Origin: Pseudomonadota bacterium
Lineage (GTDB): Bacteria > Pseudomonadota > Alphaproteobacteria > Rhizobiales > Devosiaceae
Direction: 5' to 3'
NCBI GenBank assembly: GCA_023431205.1
Contig: JAEYXQ010000160.1
Span: 28,658 to 92,657, forward strand
Length of the DNA: 64,000 bases
Shown one piece after another: positions 34,481 to 42,926 of this stretch; positions within the stretch are counted from its first letter, which is position 1; each line of letters begins with the position of its first letter. The notes under the pieces were generated by a model, which searched no databases, was not told the DNA's origin, and saw nothing but the letters and a program-made list of their open reading frames with translations. The position numbers and the translations under genes were made by a program.

Positions 34481-34838
34481 GCTGCTGCAGAACCTTCCCT
34501 TGCCGGCGCTGCTGGTGTTCGCGGCCGTTCTCGCCGCTGTCGTAGGAGTTCGCTTCCTCGGCGTGTGGCAGGGCATGAAGGCGCCGCCGTCAGGCGCTGC
34601 CGAGGGCGGAGGGGGACGCATCCTCGGCGCGGTGATCGACAGCAAGAAGGCCGACGAGATCATCGCCGCCCTGAACAAGGTGGCCGGGGAACTTGCCGAC
34701 AGCAGCGACAGCCAGGTGGAGCTGGCGAATGCCATCCGCGCCAACACGGCGTCTGTGGTGGCGGCTGGCGACGACATCACCAATGCACGGGTCGAGATTC
34801 GGGAGCTGACGCGGGAGATCGCCCGATCGGCGAAGTAG
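34464..34838 (+). CDS. Single-TM coiled-coil lysis-region protein
   Basis: N-terminal TM, C-terminal coiled coil. Confidence 0.6.
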   Translation: MAELVELLQNLPLPALLVFAAVLAAVVGVRFLGVWQGMKAPPSGAAEGGGGRILGAVIDSKKADEIIAALNKVAGELADSSDSQVELANAIRANTASVVAAGDDITNARVEIRELTREIARSAK

Positions 34839-34870
34839 GCCGTCGGCTGCGGGAGCGGAAGTGAGGCGGT

Positions 34871-35113
34871 CTAGTCTGCAAGTGCCTTTAGCACGTCAGG
34901 AAACCTGACCACCTCAAGCACCTCGCCAGCGTTGTTGCATATTTCGATCTGCCCGTGATGGAGCGGGCGGCCGGCACGAAGATCCTCAGCCATAATCTCG
35001 CGCGCTGATCGGATTGCCTCGGCTCGTGCGGAAACCAATGCCGGCAATTCATGGCCGTCCGGGTCGTCGATGCGTGTACCATCCTCGAGGAGGTTGAGGA
35101 AAAACTTCGGCAT
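34871..35113 (-). CDS. DUF6894-like small protein
   Basis: MPKFFLNL......DPDG.EL....AR.EA...AREIM. Confidence 0.75.
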   Translation of the reverse strand: MPKFFLNLLEDGTRIDDPDGHELPALVSARAEAIRSAREIMAEDLRAGRPLHHGQIEICNNAGEVLEVVRFPDVLKALAD

Positions 35114-35347
35114 CAGTCCGGCTCCAAGTTCGGAGTCGGACTGTAACGCGATCAATGGCTTGGTCGGTTCGGAATAGTGCTCGATGTGAAAGACCGCCGC
35201 CAGCTGGGCAACGCTGACGACGGTCCTTCGGAGGTCACGAGCTGCGTACCAAATGGGCGTCAGATGGGAGTCGGGGAATTGGCTCCGCAGCCATCAGACA
35301 AGTCTCTCGGGTATGGGCCAGTTGCGGATGTGATCGGCAGTAATCTT

Positions 35348-35362
35348 GTTCTCACTTCGTTC
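35348..35362 (+). promoter_or_regulatory. Alphaproteobacterial LexA box
   Basis: Exact GTTC-N7-GTTC (GTTCTCACTTCGTTC) 37 bp upstream of ATG 35400. Confidence 0.7.
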
Positions 35363-35399
35363 ACGGTGGTAGCGCTGTCGCTCTCCAGGAGGAGAGTCG

Positions 35400-35867
35400 A
35401 TGTCCACGCTGCGGCAGATGCAGGAAGAAGGTTGGCGGATCACGCTGCACTGCACGGCCGAAGCTGACCGGCGTTGCGCCCATAGCTGGACGCCATCATG
35501 GGACCAGTTGATCCAGTACCTGGGCGGCGATGCTGACCTAGCAGCGGATCGATCGGGGCTGGCGAGGTTCAGGTGCGAGCGCTGCGGCAGCCGTGGCGTC
35601 ACAGTCATCGTCCACCCGCCAGATGACATCGAGCATCGCGCATATGGCGGGCACGCTAACGGCCGCACATCACTCACCTATGAGCAGTCTTTGGCTGCCG
35701 AGATGGAGCGCCGCCGTCAGATAAAGCTCTATGGCCTCAGGAGCAATGAGGAAGCTGCAGCGGAGAGCCGTGAGCGGCGTAAGCTGGAGCGGCGGGGAGA
35801 GAAGGTCGACACCGGCCTTATCGGTCCTATGAGCCCTTATCCAAGGGGCAGGGCGCCGAAGCGGTGA
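35400..35867 (+). CDS. Hypothetical Zn-binding protein
   Basis: AGGAGG RBS; HC......C.H and CERCG motifs. Confidence 0.7.
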   Translation: MSTLRQMQEEGWRITLHCTAEADRRCAHSWTPSWDQLIQYLGGDADLAADRSGLARFRCERCGSRGVTVIVHPPDDIEHRAYGGHANGRTSLTYEQSLAAEMERRRQIKLYGLRSNEEAAAESRERRKLERRGEKVDTGLIGPMSPYPRGRAPKR

Positions 35868-36118
35868 TCTCGTCTAGCAGCGCCTGCGCTTCAGGGCCAT
35901 CCATCCTGCCGATGATCGGCACCGGACCAAGTACCAGATGCTCGATGAACTGCTGTTTCTCCGCCGCGCGACGGCGCAGCAGATCGGTGACATAAGGCAG
36001 CAGCCGCGTTGAGGCTGTATCGGGAACCCGGCTCATACAGCGATTCAATGCACGCCGCCGTTCTGCCGGCAAGTTGTTCAGTGGACGACCTCAGCGCTCC
36101 CCATCTTATGCCAAATAA

Positions 36119-36145
36119 GAAGCCCCGGCGTTTGACCGGGGCTTC
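36119..36145. terminator. Terminator hairpin downstream of csbD
   Basis: GAAGCCCCGG-CGTTTGA-CCGGGGCTTC. Confidence 0.7.
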
Positions 36146-36165
36146 AATAGTGTTGCTGGCCAGAC

Positions 36166-36369
36166 TTACCAGGTCTGGCGGTTGTACCAGTCGTCGACGT
36201 CGCGGCGGACATCGTCCTTGGCTTTGCCGTAGCGCTCCTGAATTTTGCCCTCGAGCTGCTCGCGGTTGCCGTTGATCTGGGTCAGATCGTCGTCAGTGAG
36301 CTTGCCCCACTGCTCCTTCACCTTGCCGGTGATCTGCTTCCAGTTACCTTCAACACGGTTCCAGTCCAT
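36166..36369 (-). CDS. csbD: CsbD family general stress protein
   Basis: MDWNRVEGNWKQITGKVKEQWGKLTDDDL...LEGKIQERYG. Confidence 0.93.
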   Translation of the reverse strand: MDWNRVEGNWKQITGKVKEQWGKLTDDDLTQINGNREQLEGKIQERYGKAKDDVRRDVDDWYNRQTW

Positions 36370-36400
36370 TGCTGTCTCCTCTCCATTGATGTGGAGGGTC

Positions 36401-36426
36401 AACGAGCGGGGTGGGAGGCCGGTTCC
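36401..36426 (-). promoter_or_regulatory. EcfG/RpoE2-type general stress promoter
   Basis: GGAAC-N17-CGTT on the minus strand upstream of csbD. Confidence 0.75.
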
Positions 36427-36558
36427 TGTGCAAGCCCAAAGCCTCAAAGGGGCGGGATATTGTTCAGGGGCAGTACGCGCGAGGCGTTGAATCGATCGTG
36501 ATGCGCGGAGCCAACGCCTTCCTTGACGAGGAGTCCGGCTTGAATCATCATGGGGTTA

Positions 36559-36679
36559 GGCAGGGTACGTTGGAACTCCCTTCAGTTGGCTCAACCTACG
36601 GGCAGCCGGCAATCAGACTGCACAGCCGCAATTGGAGCGGCTTACACGGCACCTGGTGGAACGAAGGCCAAGACCTGCC
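36559..36679 (-). ncRNA. Candidate structured ncRNA directly downstream of the DUF3800 gene
   Basis: Nested pairings GGCAGG/CCTGCC, TTGG/CCAA, CCTTC/GAAGG enclosing hairpins AGCCGC/GCGGCT and GCAGTC/GGCTGC; no U-tract. Confidence 0.6.
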
Positions 36680-36684
36680 GCCCT

Positions 36685-37527
36685 TCACTGCTGCCAGCGG
36701 TAACCATAAGCTTCGAAGATCGATCTGTGCTCCGCCGGGATGTTGTGGTCCCAAGGAAGCAGTTTCAGACCGGTGTTCTGCACCGCTCCATCGCGCGTGG
36801 CCATGATGGGGCGAAGGGCTAGCGCCGGCTCCTGCAACATGGGGAACGCGCCATCCTTGTGAACCGCGTTGTAGAACGAACTGACGATCACGTCTGCGAT
36901 CTGGCACCCAGCAGTGTTTTTGGCGCTCACCTTCTCGAATAGCCAAGACCCCGCGACATAGGGGTGCACCGTACTCGCTTTCAGGTAAGTGGTGCCAGTC
37001 AATGCCTGCCCCCTCAGTTTGTCGAGGTACTCTGCTGTGTGTTCGTAACGAACGCCGCCTGTCTCGGCGATAACGATCTTCATCGGCCGGACTTCGCCGA
37101 ACCGCTTCGTGCAAGACCTTGCAACAGCCTGCGTCACACGCTCCAGCAGCACGCGTAGGCAGAAGTTGTAGAAGACGTTTCTGCCACCGGCTCTCGCTGC
37201 CCTCTCATTGCGATAGCCCCGCATGTTCTGCTTGTGGGATAAGACCACAAATGCCCTGATTGGAAGCTGCCCCACCGCCTTCGCAGCTGATAGGCGCCTC
37301 GACGCATCCAGGTTGGCGAAATGAAGCTGGACGACCTCGGGCGCGGCTCCAGCCGCCATCCTGATGTCCCTCACCCAATCCGCGATCTGATGCTCATTCG
37401 TGCGCGACACGACGTAACCACCCAGCGCGAACCACTCCGTAGAGCCATTGTCCGATACCTTGGTACCGACGTCCCCTGCCTCGTCGACATACAACACGTA
37501 CTCGTAGGCAGGACGCTTTTCGGTCAT
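36685..37527 (-). CDS. DUF3800 domain protein (RNase H-like fold)
   Basis: YVDEAGD, LHF, QIAD motifs; ATGA-coupled to the upstream gene. Confidence 0.85.
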   Translation of the reverse strand: MTEKRPAYEYVLYVDEAGDVGTKVSDNGSTEWFALGGYVVSRTNEHQIADWVRDIRMAAGAAPEVVQLHFANLDASRRLSAAKAVGQLPIRAFVVLSHKQNMRGYRNERAARAGGRNVFYNFCLRVLLERVTQAVARSCTKRFGEVRPMKIVIAETGGVRYEHTAEYLDKLRGQALTGTTYLKASTVHPYVAGSWLFEKVSAKNTAGCQIADVIVSSFYNAVHKDGAFPMLQEPALALRPIMATRDGAVQNTGLKLLPWDHNIPAEHRSIFEAYGYRWQQ

Positions 37528-37778
37528 TCCATCTCCGGCACTTCGCCCTGCTGGAACAGAATTACCGGCTCGCCGAACTCGCCGTTCGCCAGGTCGGCAG
37601 AGCGCCACCAGGCAATCGCCCCAGCGTACTTCCCAGACGACCATAGGATCTGCGCCTGCTGCCTAGCGGCGGATTCGGACTGCGCCTCGCGGGCCTCAAA
37701 GGCCGGTTGCAGTTCGCCTTCCTCGTCGCGGACAAAGGCCAGGTAGACGATGAGCTTGGTGGGTGTCGGCTCGGCCAT
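37524..37778 (-). CDS. Conserved small rhizobial hypothetical protein
   Basis: 84 aa; AF.RDEEGEL...AGAIAW.R.AD...GEFGEP.ILF..GEVP. Confidence 0.75.
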   Translation of the reverse strand: MAEPTPTKLIVYLAFVRDEEGELQPAFEAREAQSESAARQQAQILWSSGKYAGAIAWWRSADLANGEFGEPVILFQQGEVPEME

Positions 37779-37781
37779 GCG

Positions 37782-38183
37782 TCAGCACCAGAACTCGTGA
37801 CCGTCGGGCCAGCGCCTGGCCAAACCTTCACTGATCAGGATGTCACCAACATCGCGCCCGCCTATCCGGATGGTGGCAAGCATCCGGCCGTAGCGGTCCT
37901 GGCGGCCAGTCTCGACCGTGAACTGGTTTGAGTTCAGCAGCTCGAGCAGCCGGGCACTCGCGCGCTTTGCCAAAGCGACCTCCGCCCTGCCGCCGCAGAT
38001 GTCGTTGTACGGCTCAGGGGTGTCATAGCTCTCCAGGCGGAGGTTCACACCGTTGAGCCAGATGGTGTCGCCGTCGACGACGCAGGTGTGCCGGTCGCGA
38101 CCGCACATCTGGAATTGGGCAGCCGAAGCTGTTGTTGTCGAGATGAGCGCGATCAGCACGGCGACTAGTACGGTCAGCCTCAT
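37782..38183 (-). CDS. Secreted thermonuclease (SNase-like) family protein
   Basis: Signal peptide; VVDGDTI, RLESYDTPE, DRYGRMLA, LISEGLA. Confidence 0.88.
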   Translation of the reverse strand: MRLTVLVAVLIALISTTTASAAQFQMCGRDRHTCVVDGDTIWLNGVNLRLESYDTPEPYNDICGGRAEVALAKRASARLLELLNSNQFTVETGRQDRYGRMLATIRIGGRDVGDILISEGLARRWPDGHEFWC

Positions 38184-38286
38184 TGTGTGTCCGAGATCCC
38201 CTGCCTGTGAATCGCGAGCATAACGGCGGGCCCGGTCTTGCCGCAATCCGAACCTCCGTGTTCCCGTGCCACTGGAGGAGGCGGAG

Positions 38287-38868
38287 ATGCGGCTTTCACA
38301 TATCGCTCGAGGGGCATTGAGTGCCGAGCGGGCGCGCCGGTTGATGGAACTCCGTGGCGTCACTCCCAATGGGCACCCATTGTGGACGCCGCCCGAGGTG
38401 GACCCGGTGGTGTCGATCTATCCCGATTATCGCTCCATCTTTCCTTTGCTGACCAGGCGCACCAAGCCAGCCGTATACAGCAAGGCCGGCAGGCTCGGCG
38501 TCACCCAGAGGCGGCCCTTGCCCTGGTCCGATAACGAGATCATCCGTCTGCGCAAGGTCTACCCCGCCGGCTCCCGTGAAGAGATATTGACTGCCTTTCC
38601 AGGCCGCACGTACGCCGCGGTCGCCAAGGCGGCGAATGCCCGAGGCGTTCATCGGGAGAAGAAGCCGGTGGTGTCTACCGGTAACCGGCTACTTGATCAG
38701 GTTCTGGTTCGGGCCAAACTGCTGGGCTACACCCTTGCGGAACTCGACAAGATTTCGCGGTCTCGGTCGTACTTCCGTCGGAGACGCTGGCGCACCAAGT
38801 TTGACGAGGTCGCACACTGCCGCGCCGCTCACGCGTTAGGAGGGACGCTAAGGGTGGCGTTCGCGTGA
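38287..38868 (+). CDS. DNA-binding protein with two Myb/SANT-like repeats and C-terminal helical domain
   Basis: W(T/S)xxE...YP...RT..AV...A...G repeats; GGAGG RBS. Confidence 0.65.
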   Translation: MRLSHIARGALSAERARRLMELRGVTPNGHPLWTPPEVDPVVSIYPDYRSIFPLLTRRTKPAVYSKAGRLGVTQRRPLPWSDNEIIRLRKVYPAGSREEILTAFPGRTYAAVAKAANARGVHREKKPVVSTGNRLLDQVLVRAKLLGYTLAELDKISRSRSYFRRRRWRTKFDEVAHCRAAHALGGTLRVAFA

Positions 38869-39497
38869 GAATGAACCTGTACTCACCGGAAGAGATGGAC
38901 CTAATCAGACGGCACTATCCCGACGTTAAGTTGCTGCTACGCATCTTGCCGGGTCGCACAGCGGGAGGCCTGAAGGCGAAGGCGGGAGAGATGGGGTTGC
39001 GCTCACGAAGGCCGCCCATATGGACGCTCCGCGAAGAACGCCTTCTGAGGGAGCACTATCCGAACCGGGCGCGCCTCGAAAAGCTTTTCCCGAACCGTAC
39101 ATGGGACGCAATCACGACCAGGGCAGGGGATCTCGGTCTTACCCGCCGCAATCATCGGTGGACCCGATCTCGCGTGACCCTTCTAGCGAAGGGCACCGGT
39201 GTGATTCCCAACAAAGAACTCGCAAGCATATTGGGCGTGTCTTTGTCGATGGTGCGCAGCAAGCAATATGAGCTGGATCTCCGGCCGCGGCGCAAGCCGG
39301 CTGCCGCCCGAATACCAATGGTGCAAGACATCTTGGAACACGCTCGCGCAAATCAGGTGCCGATGAAGCCGCTTACAGCGAAGTTGGGCTGTAAGAACCT
39401 GGTACCATCGATGTGGCACGACACGTTTTCTTTGCGATCAGCCGTTGTTGTCGCTCTACACTTGGGCGGGGAGATCTACGTGGAGTGGAGGGACTGA
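38865..39497 (+). CDS. Paralogous DNA-binding protein with three Myb/SANT-like repeats
   Basis: Same repeat three times; shared C-terminal LGG.(L/I).V.(F/W). Confidence 0.65.
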   Translation: MRMNLYSPEEMDLIRRHYPDVKLLLRILPGRTAGGLKAKAGEMGLRSRRPPIWTLREERLLREHYPNRARLEKLFPNRTWDAITTRAGDLGLTRRNHRWTRSRVTLLAKGTGVIPNKELASILGVSLSMVRSKQYELDLRPRRKPAAARIPMVQDILEHARANQVPMKPLTAKLGCKNLVPSMWHDTFSLRSAVVVALHLGGEIYVEWRD

Positions 39498-39510
39498 ACG
39501 CCACTAGGGG

Positions 39511-39600
39511 CATGTTGCATCTCATGTCGCATGGATTCGCCGAGGTTGTGAAGAATTGCCCGGAAATGCTGGGAACTGCTGCGCAACATAAATGCGACAT
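39511..39600. repeat. Integrase arm-type repeats of the prophage att junction
   Basis: CATGTTGCAT (39511) and CATGTCGCAT (39523) direct pair; inverted pair at 39581-39589 and 39592-39600. Confidence 0.65.
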
Positions 39601-39661
39601 AAAGAGGCCGGCGGAGCCGCTCTTCGCATTGTTAAGGGTTTGATATTGATGGGAAATTGGC

Positions 39662-39735
39662 TGGAGGCCTCGTCCGGAATCGAACCGGAATACACGGATT
39701 TGCAATCCGCTGCGTAACCATTCCGCCACGAGGCC
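39662..39735 (-). tRNA. tRNA-Cys (GCA)
   Basis: GGCCTCGTGGCGGAATGGTTACGCAGCGGATTGCAAATCCGTGTATTCCGGTTCGATTCCGGACGAGGCCTCCA cloverleaf, GCA anticodon, CCA end. Confidence 0.97.
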
Positions 39736-39816
39736 TCTGGGCGCCTTCTCAACAGGTTGGTGCTGGGCTGTCAAGATTGCCCAGCAGGTCCGATCGCGAA
39801 GCGAGGTCGAAAGCTG

Positions 39817-40377
39817 TTATTTTGCGGTGGCAGTGAGTTCGGAGCGGAGTGTCAGCCCATCGGGCTCCCATTGATGCCGGTGATCAATGTGGGCGATGGC
39901 CCAGCTGAATGCCTTGTGAAGTTCGGGGAGGCTCCGCTGGCGGATGGCCGGCGCGAGCAGTTCGTTCATCGCCATCTTGGCCGGCAGGTGCCCGGAAGGC
40001 CCGACGCGTTCGAATGAAACGCCTACGCCAGCGGCTACCCACGCGGCGATTGTCCCGGCGAAGGTCTCGGAGAGCAGAAAAGGTGACCGGCGCAGGATCA
40101 CCACGGTGACCGCATCGTCTTCGATTGCCTCGGGGCGCAGCACCACGCCACTGGAACTCGGGTGCCACTCGGGCCCGAGAGCGGCGAGGAAGAACCAGCC
40201 GCAATACCAGCCCCGGCATGGTTGAGGACGCACTTCATAGACCGTGCAGCCGCGGCCTCTGACGCAGTGCGGACACAGCGTGTTGGAAGGCTTGTCGAGC
40301 TCCGGCGAACGGATGGGAATGAACTCGCAGCAGGCGGTGCAGTCGCCGCAGCTTCGATCCCGCAGTCGGTGCAGCAT
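39817..40377 (-). CDS. YkgJ-like cysteine-cluster protein
   Basis: CGDCTACC...CPHC....GCTVYEVRPQPCR. Confidence 0.75.
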   Translation of the reverse strand: MLHRLRDRSCGDCTACCEFIPIRSPELDKPSNTLCPHCVRGRGCTVYEVRPQPCRGWYCGWFFLAALGPEWHPSSSGVVLRPEAIEDDAVTVVILRRSPFLLSETFAGTIAAWVAAGVGVSFERVGPSGHLPAKMAMNELLAPAIRQRSLPELHKAFSWAIAHIDHRHQWEPDGLTLRSELTATAK

Positions 40378-40542
40378 CGCTTCCTCCCCGCGCCCACGCC
40401 CGACCGAGAGTGCGGCCAAGACCGGTCAACTGTCCAGTAGCAGTGGACTGTGCTGCGGCGTGGCGCCGTGTCCGCTTGCCACCCACGGTATCGGGGGATA
40501 TGCACGACCGGCATATGCTTTGAGGCTACGGACTTACCTTCC

Positions 40543-41199
40543 ATGTTCGATTACCAGCGTGCCCGCACCTTCATGGTGGACAACCAGCTGCGCACGAGCG
40601 GCGTTAACGATCGGCGCATTCTGGCGCGCATGGGTGAGGTTCCTCGCGAGGCGTTCCTGCCAGAGGGGAAGCGGGAGCTCGCCTATCTCGACAGCGTTCA
40701 ATGGTTGGGCGAGCCGCGTAGGGGGCGGTTCATGCCGGCGCCGGCAACCTTCGCCAAGCTCCTGCAGCTGGCGGAAGTCGGCGCCGAGGACAGCGTGCTG
40801 ATCGTTGGCGCAAATGCCGGCTATTCCACGGCAGTCGTCGCCGGTCTGTGTGCCAAGGTGACTGGCCTCGAGCCGGACACCCAGCTGGCGGAGAGCGCTC
40901 GCGCTGCCCTGGCTCAACTCGGGATCACCAATGCGGCGGTGGTCAGCGGCGACGTAGCCGCTCTGGGCAAGGATCAGTATGACGTGGTGCTTGTCGAAGG
41001 CGCGGTCGGGACCGTGCCGCAGGCTCTGCTCGACCGGCTAGCGGATGCCGGCCGCCTCGTGGCGCTGGTGCGCGACGGCGGCGTGTCGGTGGCGACGGTG
41101 TTCGTGAAATCGGACGGCGTGGTTGCATCGCGCAAGGAGTTCAACGCCAGCATGCCGGCCTTGTTCGTCGAGGCCAGCCAACCGGATTTCGTATTCTGA
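40543..41199 (+). CDS. pcm: Protein-L-isoaspartate O-methyltransferase family
   Basis: ARTFMVDNQLR, VPREAF, SAM-binding VLIVGANAGYSTA; pcm-tolC-popZ-valS synteny. Confidence 0.88.
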   Translation: MFDYQRARTFMVDNQLRTSGVNDRRILARMGEVPREAFLPEGKRELAYLDSVQWLGEPRRGRFMPAPATFAKLLQLAEVGAEDSVLIVGANAGYSTAVVAGLCAKVTGLEPDTQLAESARAALAQLGITNAAVVSGDVAALGKDQYDVVLVEGAVGTVPQALLDRLADAGRLVALVRDGGVSVATVFVKSDGVVASRKEFNASMPALFVEASQPDFVF

Positions 41200-41321
41200 C
41201 TGTTGCGCGCGAGCCACCGGGCAAGATTACCGTGCGGTGAGAGCTTGGTAGGGGTTGTGCGCTAGCATTGGCAACGCCACTTCGGGCCGATACAGATTTT
41301 TGGGTGAATGGAGTAGGGGCG

Positions 41322-42716
41322 ATGAAGTTCAGGGTTCTTGTGGCCGCCAGTACCTTTGCGCTGACGCTCGGCATCGCCTCTAGCGCAAACGCCCAGTCCA
41401 TCGCACAGGCCCTGGCGGCAGCCTATGATCATGCTCCTGACCTGCAGTCGGCGCTGTTGAGCGCCAAGTCCTCCGCCGAAGACATCGTCCGAGCAGAGTC
41501 GGGCAAGCGGCCAACCATTGGTGCTACTTTAGGTAGTAACTACAACTGGCGTGTTGGCCCTGGTGCTGTGGGGCAGGGCGGACAAAACGCCAGCGGGGCG
41601 TTTACAGGCAGTGCAACGCTGTCGGCGGGACTAGGCTACCGACAGAACATATTCGACAATTTCCAAACAGAAGCGCAGATCGAGGGGGCTCGGGCGCAGG
41701 CTGAGGCGGCCGAGTACCGTATCCGCGATACGGAGCAGAACGTGCTCCTAGATGTCGTGGAAGCTTATATGGACGTCCTGACAGGCCAGCAGCTAGTGGC
41801 GCTACGTCAGGAGAATCTGACGTTCTCCCGCGCCCAGCTTCAGTCGGCGCAAGATCGACTCGAAGTGGGCGAAGGAACACGCATCGATGTGGCGCAGGCC
41901 GAGGCGCGCCTTGCTCAAGGACAAGCTGCCTACCAGGTCGCTGTAGCAAGTTTGGAGATTAGCCAGGCAACATTTCAGCGGCTGGTTGGAATGGCGCCGC
42001 GCAACTTGTCGGTCAGTCATAATTACGCGCAGCTGATACCCAGCGCGCTGCAAAGTGCTATCGCTGAGGCCGAGATGGGGCATCCCGCCATCCTGCTGGC
42101 AAAAGCCGGTATAAGGGCGGCGCAAGCAGGTAGTGATGCTGCACAGGCGGCATTCGGGCCCAGTGTATCGGTAAGCGGCAACGTTGGATCATCTTACGTC
42201 CTCAGCGAAGGGGGCAGCGGTCCTACAGGGTTGGCAGGATCCCTGGGCATTGAGATTTCGGTGCCGATCTATGCCGGCGGCGCCCTCGGATCGGGTGTTC
42301 GCAAAGCTAACATAGAGCAGATTCGATCCGAAGTCGGCGCCATGGGTGCCTACGATCTGGTACGTCAAGCCGTGATCGCCGCCTGGTCCGGCATCCAGAG
42401 CGCCGATGCGCAGATCACGGCGGCGCAGGCTGCGGTGAGCGCCGGCCAGGAAGTGCTGGAAGGCGTAATCCAGGAGCGTGACCTTGGCACCCGGACCACA
42501 CTCGAAGTGCTGAATGCCCAGGCGGAACTCACCACAGCGCGCGAAGGGCTGATCAATGCGTCCTCCGGCAAGGTGGTGGCGACGTTCTCGCTGCTGGCCG
42601 CCATCGGCCGCCTGACGGCCGCCGATCTCGGCCTGCCCGTGGAGATCAAGACGGCGGTGCCCTACACCCAGACCGTCGAAGACGTCTGGCAGGAACTGCG
42701 GACCGTCGCAGACTGA
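41322..42716 (+). CDS. tolC: TolC family outer membrane channel
   Basis: Signal peptide; VGEGTRIDVAQAEARL, VPIYAGG, LGTRTTLEVLNAQ. Confidence 0.92.
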   Translation: MKFRVLVAASTFALTLGIASSANAQSIAQALAAAYDHAPDLQSALLSAKSSAEDIVRAESGKRPTIGATLGSNYNWRVGPGAVGQGGQNASGAFTGSATLSAGLGYRQNIFDNFQTEAQIEGARAQAEAAEYRIRDTEQNVLLDVVEAYMDVLTGQQLVALRQENLTFSRAQLQSAQDRLEVGEGTRIDVAQAEARLAQGQAAYQVAVASLEISQATFQRLVGMAPRNLSVSHNYAQLIPSALQSAIAEAEMGHPAILLAKAGIRAAQAGSDAAQAAFGPSVSVSGNVGSSYVLSEGGSGPTGLAGSLGIEISVPIYAGGALGSGVRKANIEQIRSEVGAMGAYDLVRQAVIAAWSGIQSADAQITAAQAAVSAGQEVLEGVIQERDLGTRTTLEVLNAQAELTTAREGLINASSGKVVATFSLLAAIGRLTAADLGLPVEIKTAVPYTQTVEDVWQELRTVAD

Positions 42717-42926
42717 CGCGGGACGATCAGCGGCGGAGGAGGTCACTCGGACTGCCGCTGGTGCCGGGAACACCCACCCACCACAACTTTTGGTGGAAGA
42801 TGACGTGGACGCCTCGCGAACGATTCCCTTATCGACATGGTGTGTCTAAAGTTAACGGGACGATTCGGAAGCGCTGGCCGATAGCGGCGGTCGTAGTCCG
42901 GTCGACCGTGTGAGTATGAGGCGCCC

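Larger units (their letters stand above)
1..39661. mobile_element. Lambda-like (siphoviral) prophage, right portion, integrated at the 3' end of tRNA-Cys; left end outside window
   Basis: Contiguous terminase-portal-capsid-tail-lysis genes on the + strand, interspersed morons, abrupt switch to core genes after tRNA-Cys, arm-type repeats next to the tRNA 3' end. Confidence 0.93.

Noticed and set aside
35113..35340. Possible pseudogene frame upstream of the DUF6894-like gene
   Set aside because: Frame interrupted by a stop and no recognisable family.
35827..36072. 81-aa minus-strand ORF
   Set aside because: Possibly real with a later start, but no clear RBS or recognisable motif, so not called.
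36559..36679. Simple terminator or HDV-like ribozyme
   Set aside because: No U-tract and multi-stem nesting argue against a terminator; I could not build a convincing HDV double pseudoknot by eye, so a ribozyme is unsupported without a covariance search.
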